Shown: in pieces, positions 53,401 through 64,000 of the stretch
Numbering within the stretch: position 1 is the stretch's first letter
How the letters are laid out: each line of letters begins with the position of its first letter
Source of the DNA: Antedon mediterranea
Taxonomy: Eukaryota > Animalia > Echinodermata
NCBI RefSeq assembly: GCF_964355755.1
Contig: NC_092678.1
Location: 21,469,365 to 21,533,364 of the forward strand
Direction: 5' to 3'
DNA: 64,000 nt
Made by a program: the position numbers and the translations under genes
The notes under the pieces: model-generated
What the model saw: the letters and a program-made list of their open reading frames with translations, nothing else
Database searches by the model: none
Told to the model about the DNA's origin: nothing

Positions 53401-55450
53401 TAATATACAAATAAACTTTATTACTGACAGTTGCTTCTCAACGTTTGTATTAATTAATACTGTAATTACAAAAAAATATAAACGTCGTAGCGGTGTATCG
53501 TTTCATCCTACTTTACTATTTCAATCGACTAAAAAACACACAGGATTTCCAACTTAAAGGAAGTTCAAACATATCTCAACATTTTCTACTGTTGCTACGT
53601 TAGTGGTTAATGAAGTTGGTTACGTTAGTGGTTAACTGTTGGTTACATGTTGTTACGTTAGTGGTTAATGAAGTTGGTTACGTTAGTGGTTAAACTGTTG
53701 TTACGTTAGTGCTTAGATTTGTTACGTTAGTGATTAATGAAGTTTGTGACGTAAGTGGTTAACCTGTTGTTACGGTAGTGGTTAATGAAGTTTGTTACTG
53801 AATACTGAAATGCTTTATTTGTCCATCATCATAATAAAATAACAACAGAAATTCTTTTTGAAGATTGACAATTATTAGTAAAATAATAAATAGATATACA
53901 ATATAATATATTATGTACACACACATAATTGCACCAAAAAAAATATAAGTTATGAAACACGGTGTAAAAATGACAAGGATTAAAATTGAATAGGATTCAG
54001 GAGATTAAAATAGTTTAAAACAGCTTTAAAAGGATTAAAACAGCTTTAAAAGGATTCAAACCATTAGAATGTTCCTAAAACCTTACAATTTATAAATTGC
54101 TAAAATTTCAAATAGGCTAAAATGTTAAAAACGTTTAAAAATATTAAAAATATAAAAACATTTTATAAAGTTTCATTGTTTACATAGTCTTGTATAACAT
54201 AACATTTTATCGATGGTGACGTGACGTGAATTAATAGCATTTGCAACAAAGGCATATCATATCTCGATCTGTTTGTCTTAGTTATTGGAACATGTATTCT
54301 ACCATGCGTTTGATAATAAAGTATTTGCTAAGGGGATGATCAACATCCTTAATTATTTTATGAGCTGCCTTCACTATCTAATCTATCTATATTTCATCTA
54401 ACTGCACCAACGGATCTTTAACAATATATTCAGCTTTCTTTGTAATGCGATTCAATTTCTTTTTTTCTTTTTTTTTAAATATTTTCATAATTGCATATCA
54501 AACAGAAAGACATAATACTTTGGATCATGGTGGTATAAAACAATTTTAACAGGGAGCTATCAATACTAAAGCTTGGTTCCCACTAGAACGTAACGCAAGG
54601 ACGTAAACGCAACGCAAGCGTTTTAACAAATGACAAGCGAAGTTATAGACAGTTAGAAATCACAAGCGAATAAGCCATCGCTTGTGATTGGTCAATTCAT
54701 TTGCGTTGCGTTACGTCCTTGCGTTGCGTCGCTAGTGGGAACCACGTACGCTTTAGTGATTTCATTTTGCGAAGTATAAACATTCTTTGATTGGCTCTTT
54801 TAACTATTCTATTTGTATTGGTTTCCCACGACAGTTTGTGGTCCATGACAAAACCTAAGTATTTATGTTCTTCTACTCTATCTAATTCGTTACCATCAAT
54901 CAGAACTGGAATAATAGGATCTTTCTTTACTCTAAAGTCTAGGACCATCTCCTTAGTTTTACCAACATTTAACTTTAAATTATTCAATTTGCTCCAATTT
55001 ACAAAATCTGATATCAATTTACGGTAGTCATATTCATTATCATGCTTATCACCTAAAATGTATCCTGTGATAACAGTATCGTCTGCATATTTAATCACAG
55101 AACATGACTACGTTAGTAGTTTAACTGTTGTTACGTTAGTGGTTAATGAAATTGTTACATTAGTGGTTGATTTTTGTTACGTTAGTGGTTATAGTAATGT
55201 TACGTTAGTGGGTGGTGATACACGAGTAATCATCCATGACAGAATTGAAAGAAGGCCGATGGCTGGAGCTTACCGAGTTTATTGCACTGGCATTTGGAAT
55301 CTCATTACATGTATTATTTGATTTCTGTTCCTCTGTGGTGGCATTCCATCTTTTTACCATGCTTATTATAGTAATGTTGATGTTCAATCTGATACAGGTA
55401 AAACAAATACAAGCTATACAACACGATACTGCTACAAAATATCGTTTCAT
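47427..55450 (-). CDS. SLC17-family transporter copy F, 9 exons, ~470 aa
   Basis: Exons 55274-55450, 50881-51114, 50412-50499, 49911-50006, 49665-49789, 49040-49186, 48344-48476, 47690-47928 and 47427-47600. Confidence 0.87.
53797..55105 (-). mobile_element. Rex/Babar-like (L2-group) LINE 3' fragment inserted in the minisatellite
   Basis: ORF 54697-55098 with KYADDT, LNVGKTKEMVLDFR and KYLG. It is interrupted by a MITE, and the 3' end is near ~53800. Confidence 0.8.
54570..54752. mobile_element. Harbinger-like MITE (family 1) inside the LINE
   Basis: TAA-AGCTTGGTTCCCACTAG...CTAGTGGGAACCACG..CT-TTA. Nearly identical to 22020-22200. Confidence 0.78.
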
Positions 55451-55606
55451 TTTGTGATTCGTTGCTGATATTCGGTAGAATTTATAAAGGAATGAGGCTT
55501 GGAGAGCCGCCTTTTGTTATATTAGTAGTGGTTTTGTAACTTGTATTAATCTATTGAAATTAATCTGTGCAGATCATCGACATAAAGGTCACTAACTATT
55601 GTCATA

Positions 55607-55856
55607 CAGTGGTGGCGCCAGCGGGGTATCGCACAGTATTTTATCATACAAAAAAAGCTGGTTACCCTAAATCTGATTAAAACGGCCTCAAATTACGCTA
55701 TAACGCGTTGCTTCCGGGGGCGTCGCCCCCTGGACCCTCCACCGGGGGCCCTTGGCGGCCCCCTGTTCCCCAGCCTAGCGATGCTCGCTTCGCTCGTATA
55801 GCCCCTCCGTCGGGGAATTTAGCCCCCCCGTCGGAAAGATCCTGGCGCCACCGCTG
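55607..55856. mobile_element. hAT-like MITE with 8-bp TSD
   Basis: TTGTCATA|CAGTGGTGGCGCCAG ... CTGGCGCCACCGCTG|TTGTCATA. Confidence 0.85.
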
Positions 55857-57072
55857 TTGTCATATACTGTATAAAAATACCATTTAGTTAAAAATAGGAA
55901 CTAAATTGTTTGTTTAAATAAATTCTTCCTCCTATATCGATGCTGTTTGATGTAGCCTATTTTGTTGTGACATGAAAAATAAAAACTGAATGCTATCTGA
56001 GGCTGCGAGGTCTCAATGCTAATAACATTTAACATTGACTTCCATACACTGTAACACAGTACCTGCGTAGATTGTATGTTGTTAGATCGAGGATTGTGGG
56101 TCACATGATATTCAGTAACTACTCTATTGAACTCTGACGTCATCGAGAGTGCCGTATTCGACATTGTAAAATAAGAATATTAATGTTAATTATTTATGAG
56201 TCAGACACTAAGATGCAAGATCAATCATTGTGAAATTATGATTAAAAGATCATCAGATCAATAGAATGTGATATTATATTGTAGGCCTACGATAGGCATA
56301 CCTAAAGCGCTGTCTATACACTATCAAAAAAAGTGCGATCTACCCAAATATGGTAGTGATATGCTTAAATATGGCATTGATATGTATTTGTCCATATACG
56401 TAAATTTTGATACTAGTGTGGACAGATCTTTTAGTTTTTACACAACAGTGTATATTTCTTTTATGACAAGCGCCCTCAGTATACGAGTGTGTCGCGTGTG
56501 TTTGTTGTGTGATGCAGTGTGGTGACTGAATGAGCAGGCATTACCTAAATCAATTTCCAAGTTTTTTACATTTGCATGCCAAGTTTAATACATAATCAAT
56601 TAAATAAGCACCGTCTGTCTATGTGAAATACAAGAATTGTAAGTTCAAATGTTAATCTTATGTATTGTGTTTGAGTAGGCTAGGTAAACTAGTAGAAAAA
56701 AATGGCTAGGCTAGCCTATCTAGGCCTACCTAGCTAGAGGCAGGCCTCTCTACTATATTAGTAGAGCGAGGCCCACGCACAGAGCCTGGCCTGGTGGTGG
56801 CTAGCCTTGTTACTCTTTTGTTTTTACCTATCTAGGCTAGAGTAGAAGGGCCTAGCCTAGTAGTCTACCACTATATACAACTAGGCCTCTACACGGTATG
56901 CTTATGCTCTGTCTATTCTGTGTGCTTTTTTTGGGTGAACCCATTTTTGTACTAGCTAGTAGTAGGATGGTCAAATATAATCTCTAGGCATATACGTCTG
57001 CTATCCTTACCACATTTAAATGAAATTGTCTTTATTTTGCAGATTAGAATTTATTAAAGACACTGTACAACT

Positions 57073-57312
57073 ATGGAAGATAAAAAAAAATCAGACAAAA
57101 AAGTTGACTTGGGCTTATTGGAGGAAGATGATGAATTTGAAGAATTCCAAGCGGAAGAGTGGAATGAGGATGAAGAGGATTCGGAAGATGTGAATGTATG
57201 GGAAGACAACTGGGATGACGATGTTGTTGAAGATGATTTCTCACAACAGCTACGAGCAGAGCTGCAGATACAAGGGAATAAGGTCAACCAACAAGAACCA
57301 ATGAAAACATAA
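57073..57312 (+). CDS. SEM1: 26S proteasome complex subunit SEM1 / DSS1
   Basis: 79 aa acidic protein with [14 protein letters not shown] and [22 protein letters not shown] splice acceptor TTTTATTTTGCAG at ~57042 implies a 5'UTR intron. Confidence 0.97.
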   Translation: MEDKKKSDKKVDLGLLEEDDEFEEFQAEEWNEDEEDSEDVNVWEDNWDDDVVEDDFSQQLRAELQIQGNKVNQQEPMKT

Positions 57313-59097
57313 CAAAAAACAGAAAAGTTCACCTACTGTATAAATGATGATTAGAACGGCAAAATAATAAAAAATGTTAAAAAAATGTTAAACAGAACAA
57401 GTATATATTAAATAAGTCAGCACAAACCCTGAAAATGCACTGTATAAAAATTTTACTGTAGCTGGGAATTCAAAAGAACAATATTGGGAATGAAAAATCA
57501 ATGAATACACACATTGATGATGAATAATAGAATGGACAGCGAAGAGTAACTCTATAATATACTGTAATAGTAATACTGGCTATTGTTTAAGGCAAAATAT
57601 ATTAACAGTTTCTACCAAAACTAGTTTTTTTTTTTGTATTTGTTGATTTTTGATACTGAAAAGCCTATTAAATGTCTGGTAAAAATTCTGCAGTAATAGT
57701 TGTATAATAGTTTGATATTGACATAGAAGTTTATATAATATTAATTATTAATATCAAAGCATATTTTTTGTTGAATAGGCCATTAATATAATTTATAATA
57801 GTTATATTACGGTATTCAAAAAATTGGATCAGAACTAAATATATCTGAAATATATTTTATGTTTATTTTTTCTTTTTGGCAAAAGTGAATCTAGTAACTT
57901 TATAAACTACAAAATGGCCTATTCAAAATGTTGTATTTTTCATGTTTTCTGGGAACAATCCATTTTGTTTATTTGATCAACTCTCGCGTCCATATTTAGG
58001 AATTATTTTTATTTTTTACGTAATATTTGTAAAACACCACCAATCTTGAATAAGCTTCAACGGACGAATTTAATATTTTATGCTGTTAGGTCCATGCTGC
58101 TACTTCTGCTTGTCTTTATAAATCGAGTTCTAAACAAAAGATGTAATTTTTTCCGAAAAAAATTCAATTGATAGAGCTGTTTTTGTGTGATGATGCATGA
58201 GAGCTGCATGCTAGAGAGATGAAAATGTGCCTAGCGCCCTCACACTTTGTTGGCGATCAAAGAAGATTCTTATTTTGATGATCGATGAAATTAAAGTAAA
58301 CATTCTCTCACAATATGCCAGTGAAATAATTTCAAAAGGTAATATGATCAGTCGTATATTTAATATATACAAACTGGGCACCTGATCCTACAAACTGTTA
58401 TAATATTTTGATTATTATGTAAAATTCAGACATATTTAACTAGCTTTACGTAACAACTACCCACTCACTGTGTTGCTATATTATGCAACGACAGCGCCGG
58501 CAAGAACTCTCTGTCTCCGGTTTAATTATACTTTAGGCCCCCTCGATAATGCATTTCAAGGGAGCCTAGACTAAATTATGCAACATATATTTATAAACGG
58601 TCATAATCTTATCTAGGCATAGAACTTGGCTTTAGGTAAGCCTAGATAGAGGCTTGTAGGCTATTTATGCCTATAATATATAGGAGTAGGAGTATGTAGG
58701 AAATTATGCTTTTTAAACAAAAATTAATCGATATTTATTATTAAATTCCAAATGGATAAAAAAGACCCTATTCTATACTGTATATGGATACGTGGTTTAA
58801 CCGTTTTCACTGAAAAAAATTAATCAATAATTATCTCATTTAAATCGAATAGGCATAGAGATATTATAGTTCACTATAATATCTCCTACGGATATAGGCC
58901 TACTAAATGTGACAGGCCATAATAAATAAAATTAAAGTAAGCTAGCTACTACTAAAGCTACAATAGGGGTACAGTACTAAGTTAATTATTATTAATTGTG
59001 CTTCTCTGGAAATCAACAATTAAAATCAACTGGCCTTTATTTATATGTCATTGTTATTTTCTTTTAGATATTGACAATTGAAATCAACACCATCATC

Positions 59098-62000
59098 ATG
59101 AGACGTGCTAAGATCAAGCCTTCTATCAATCTCGCTGCTTCCAGAAGGTCATCGCAGGTGGTCAAGCCGGACAGTAAAGCCAAGAATACACCATCAAACT
59201 CCTACACTCCTACTGAAACAGGCATTCCTATAGCAGACCACAATGGATCATCTAAGGCCAAGAATTCACTTGAAGTGTCTAAGCCCCAGGTGCCCAGCCT
59301 GGAATTTTCTAAGCCCCAGGTCACCAGCCCCAGAGTGTCTAAGCCCCAGGTAACTAGCCCCAAAGTGTCTAAGCCCCAGGTCGCCAGCCCCGAAGTTTCT
59401 AAGCCCCTGGTGGCTGTGCAACAAGTATCAAAACCCCAGTTGTCTTGCACAAAACCTATAACAGCAGGAGCTTCTGGTGACAAGTCTTCCAAACCTTTAT
59501 TGCGAACCGAGTCTGAAGAAATCGCAACAAACGTAAGATAGTTCAAATATATCATTTATTTCGCCAATAAACAAAACAAATATATAAAAACAAATTTAAA
59601 GTAAAGATGTACAGTATAATCACCATATGCAATTTGTTTACATTTTAGTTGAAAAAGTGTTTGTTTTAAATAATGTAAGTGAATTCCATGTATTTTGATC
59701 TACAGGAGCAAGAATTGGATACTTCTAGTAAAGTTGGTGAATCACCTACAGCGCCTTCACAGTCAAAAGAAAGCTTAAATCCGCAACGTAGGAGAAAATT
59801 CTCCGCTAAACCAAATCTTGGTCAAAATAGAATGCGTTTACCGTTACCATCAAGAAAGGAAAAGACATCTGTAATTTCTCATCAAAATACTGCCAATGGT
59901 ACATCAGAAAGTTGTGGTGCTATAGCTAATGCGGATTCTGATAAGCCATTTGATCCACCCAACGTAAGGAGAGTGGTTCCTGTATCCCTTGAGAAGTCTG
60001 CAGGTATGCTTTGTCTTTATAGTCTTTGCACAAGATTGTTGGCAATAAATATGTATGTTAAGCATGGTTCCCACTAGGACGCAAAGCAAGAACATAAGTG
60101 CAATGATGACAGTAATTTTTTAAATATTTTTAAAGTTCAAATCCCCTTCTTATCTTTCCGACCTACTTCCTTTTCACATACCTTCCCGTCGCCTTTGCTT
60201 GTCTTCAAAAAATCTTCTTTCCATTCAAACTTTTAATACTAAAACGTATGACCTAAGCACCTTTACTTCTCGCTTATGGAATGACTCACCCGCCTCTATT
60301 AGGTCATGTTCTTCTGCCATCGCCTTTAAATTTGCCTTGAATACTCATCTTTTTCTTTCAAATTGAAACTCTCTCTCGCGCCTTTGATCACTTACTGCTG
60401 GAATTGGCGCATTACAAATTCATATTATTATTATTAATTGCTTGTCATTGGTCAACTCATTTGCATTGCATCTAAGTGGGAACCAAACTTCAGATGTAAG
60501 ACAGAGAAACCATGTGTATTTAGGCATTTGATAACTAAGGTAGCCAAAAACCTATAGAGCACAAAGGTTTCGAGAACTGTGCATTTTAGTATGGTAGCAG
60601 TAACCATTGTTTTCCATTTCTAGCTGTATTGCAAAATAAACATGTGGTGGACAAGCCACAGAAAAACATCAGGGAAATATTATCTACCTCAACCCAACCA
60701 AAGCCTCAAATGTCTAAACCAACGGTTCACCCCAAATCAACCCAACAACCATCACGGCCAGAACGCTTGGTGGAGAAACGAGGTGCACTACCTCCAACCA
60801 TCCAAGATAAACGATTACGTGATCTCAAAGCGCTTGAGACTGAGGTATTGTTTGCTATTGGTATTTTAAAACTAAAGCTCTGTCTACACTATCAAACTAG
60901 TTTGACAAAATAAGTGTGATGTGCCCAAATATGGTAGTAATATGACATCATGTCCATATATGGGCATATCACATTTTTTTGTCACATAAAGTTTGATAGT
61001 GTAGACAAGGCTTCGGAAGTTGTTGGCTTTTATAATGCAACTCTGATTCGATCAGAGGAAAATTCTGTGGTACAGCATCTCATGTCTTTCCCATGCGACA
61101 CCTGTATTATAGACACTTAACCTAACCTTCCATTATACAGCCCCACATGTGATACACCTAACACTGTATTATAATTCAAAATTGTTTTATAGACACCAGC
61201 CAAACGACGCAAACGATACATAAAGAAGACATCGCCACCAGACCGCAGCAAGATGACGATGAGCGATCTAATTTATTATAATCCAAAAGCAAATCCAATG
61301 AAGTAAGTTGTAGCTTGGTTGTTAAAATGTATATCTTTCAATCCCAAGGTCCAGTATTCAATCCTTACCTAGTGCCAGGGTTGTAACTCACGACTCTTTT
61401 TAAGTCCATTACCTAAGCCATAAATGAGACTTATGCTTTGTTCCCACTAGAGACAAAATGTAAATACTTAGCGCAAGTAAGGGATTTGTCAAATCACAAA
61501 CAATGGATCATTTGAACATTGGTCAACTCACTATAATATATTCCTTCTACATTCAATCCCTAATCCCTAATCCGGTTCTACTGATATTGACTATCTTTCA
61601 GGTCGTCGTTGGAATCCCAAGAAAAAGCTAAACCAAATAATAACAATAATGATGATAATAATGTAAAGGAAAAACCAAGGTTTGTTGTTTATTGTTTTTT
61701 CTCACTGTTTGTAACAACTAATATATTAATTATTCTAAAGCGTGGTTCCCACTAGCGACGCAACGCAAGGACGTAACGCAACGCAAGTGAATTGACCAAT
61801 CACAAGCGATGGCTTATTCGCTTGTGATTGCTAACTGTCTATAACTTCGCTTGTCATTGGTTAAAACGCCCTTGCGTTACGTTCTTAAATCAATAACATT
61901 ATTTGTATGTTATATTGTATGTAAATCAAGGTCATTCATTTTTGCTGCAATTTTTGGAACGTGTCAAAGGTCAAAGTTTGTCATTAGCTCAGACTCTTTT

Positions 62001-64000
62001 TTCCACATTTTTTTCTTGTTGATTTCCTTACAAAATGTTGGTCTCTGGCAAAAGCTCTTATTAAAATCAAACTACAACTAATATGTTAATATTGTGTTAT
62101 TTTGTAGTGTTGTAAATGCAGTGGATGAGGTTGCAGAGGAGGAGTCCAATCAAATGGCACCGCAAGTTAGAATTGATGCAGATGGGAAAATAGTTATCGA
62201 CAAAGACAGGTAAAGCACACACTAAACTTAACTTACAAAAACAAATTAACTGGTCATTTTTTTTTAATACACTAATCCGATTACTCAATTTGATTGACAG
62301 TTTAACGATCGAGGCATCGCCTGCAAGAACTTTTGTGACGGAAAATGCTGAAGTCGTTCATGAGGATCAGTCAAACGTAACCTACGCAAGTTTCAGAAAG
62401 CGAACTCACACGTCAGCATGGACAAAAATGGGTAAGTGATCTTTAATGATTCATTCTCGACAATAAAACACATAATTCACACATTTCTTGCCATTATTAA
62501 ACTTCCAAAATCCATTTTTTAGAGACTGAAAGGTTCTTCTTGGCGTTGAGCATGGTTGGCACAGACTTCACAATGGTAAATGCACTTTTTCCAAAACGAA
62601 CCCGACATCAAATCAAGAACAAGTTTAAACGCGAAGAGCGCATGAACCGAACACGCATTGATAAAGCTATACGTGAGTATTACTACCGAAACCACAAGAA
62701 AGTGTCGCTCTAATAAGGATTTCTTCTAAGTATTGGTTCGTTAGATGTAGTGTTGACAAATATATTTCCCTCATTTGTTTCATGAGAAAGTGTCCCCTTA
62801 TTTGCCAAGGATTACCTATAGTAAATTAATCACTGTCCTATCGAATAGGGGGTAATCTTTTTGTGAACCAGTTTAACGGAGTAACCCCCAACTCGTCTCA
62901 AATTACTATAAACTAGGTTCTTTAAAGTGCCTCAAACCCATGCATACATTGTTCGCATTGTACGGTTAACGGCGCCCCTGCCAATGAAAGGAGCTCTACT
63001 ATGTTTTTATGTGTTATCTAATATAAAAACCCCTTCTTCTTTGTGTCTGCAGTGAAGTATTTTTCATTCAATCATTGTCATTTTGATTAATTTAGGAGAA
63101 AAACAACGTTTGGACAGATCAATGTTTGAGGCGTCAGAGGATTCAGATGAAGAAAGTGTTGTGGGCGTCACGATAACCAAAGGAAAGAAACGAGGTATCA
63201 AATTAGTAACAAACAAATTAAAAGTGATGGACATGTATTTAATACGATAACTGTCTCAATGTGCTGTTGACTACATTTTTAAAATTTTCTTTTTATTAGG
63301 ACCAAAGCAAGCAGCGACTTCAAAAGAAAAACGAGTTGAAGATGAGGAATCCGAGTTCAATGAAAATCTTCTGGATAATAACTCTGATCAGGATGGTAGT
63401 GATGTCGAGGTCACTAACATTCTGGCAAGACCTACACGCTCAGGTCGAATTCCAAAGGTCCGAATTGACTACGCTAACATTGTCGAAGTTGATGATGAAG
63501 AGGAGGAGACTGGTGCAATTGTAAGAGAAATTGGCTCTTCGCCGTTGGTAAATGGAAATGTGCAGAAAACACCAGGTGGGTTGTCACCTGGTAAATCTGG
63601 TCACATGACACCTGCACAAGGCACACCCACAACACCTATGCAAACGGTATATGTTGTTACTCCTTTACAAGGTGGTAAACAGTTTATGATTAGACAGCAT
63701 AATGTACCACAGCCGTCACCGGACAGCATTCAAGCAGCCTTAGCACATCATACAGGAGGCACAACCTCACAGTTTCAAACAGGTGGTCAATCGCCGTTAA
63801 TCCAGCTGCAACATCGTAACTCCCCAGCAACTTCAACTCTACAGCTGAGAATGCCTTCTCCTCAAAATCCAATTAACTCCCCGACGGGATCACACACAGT
63901 TTTGAAACAAAAAGTAGGGAATACCGAAATCATCGTAATGTCGCCAGCAAGAGGAGGTCCTGGCAGTTCAGGGCAAGTTGATTTCAATCATCCCTTGTCA
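59098..64000 (+). CDS. BDP1: Transcription factor TFIIIB component B'' (BDP1), 5' part, runs off the window
   Basis: In-phase exons 59098-59532, 59706-60003, 60624-60844, 61193-61302, 61602-61679, 62108-62209, 62301-62431, 62523-62672, 63096-63194 and 63300->64000. Motifs MRRAKIKP, PDRSKMTMSDLIYYNP..NPM, PQVRIDADGKIVID and SANT WT..ETERFFLALSMVGTDFTMVNALFPKRTRHQIKNKFKREE. Confidence 0.93.
60130..60437 (+). mobile_element. Degenerate L2-like 3' end inside a MITE in a BDP1 intron
   Basis: TTATGGAAT...ACTCATCTTTT...GCGCCTTTGA...GGCGCATTACAAAT followed by a (ATT)n tail. Confidence 0.45.
60876..61012. mobile_element. Harbinger-like MITE (family 2)
   Basis: TIR AGCTCTGTCTACACTATCAAACT / AGTTTGATAGTGTAGACAAGGCT. 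Related copies at ~14662, ~17352-17484 and ~56306-56430. Confidence 0.7.

Larger units (their letters stand above)
51424..55222. mobile_element. TG...CA inverted-repeat element with CGAGT TSD (copy in F, with nested LINE)
   Basis: Same termini and TSD as the copies in D and E. Confidence 0.75.

Overview
AT-rich eukaryotic DNA with GT-AG introns. It is probably a marine invertebrate; the many TAGGCCTA octamers suggest an echinoderm, but that is inference. Positions ~3-55.5 kb hold a tandem array of six minus-strand SLC17-family (sialin/VGLUT-like MFS anion transporter) gene copies sharing a 9-exon plan. Copies B (11287-15777), D (25011-37103), E (38133-45481) and F (47427-55450) reconstruct to open ~470 aa proteins. 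Copy A (2971-7328) has a 2-bp deletion that creates a stop codon, and copy C (16534-23328) is a truncated pseudogene full of transposable elements. The array is heavily invaded by CR1/L2/Rex/Tx1-type LINE fragments, a tRNA-like SINE, Harbinger/hAT/piggyBac-type MITEs and minisatellites. It also contains a ~3 kb TG...CA inverted-repeat element with a 5-bp target-site duplication (TSD) in intron 1 of D/E/F, a near-perfect palindrome of at least 584 bp, and a Penelope-type hammerhead remnant. To the right of the array, on the + strand, lie SEM1/DSS1 (single coding exon) and the 5' part of BDP1 (TFIIIB B''). All exon and repeat coordinates were read by eye and may be off by a few bases.
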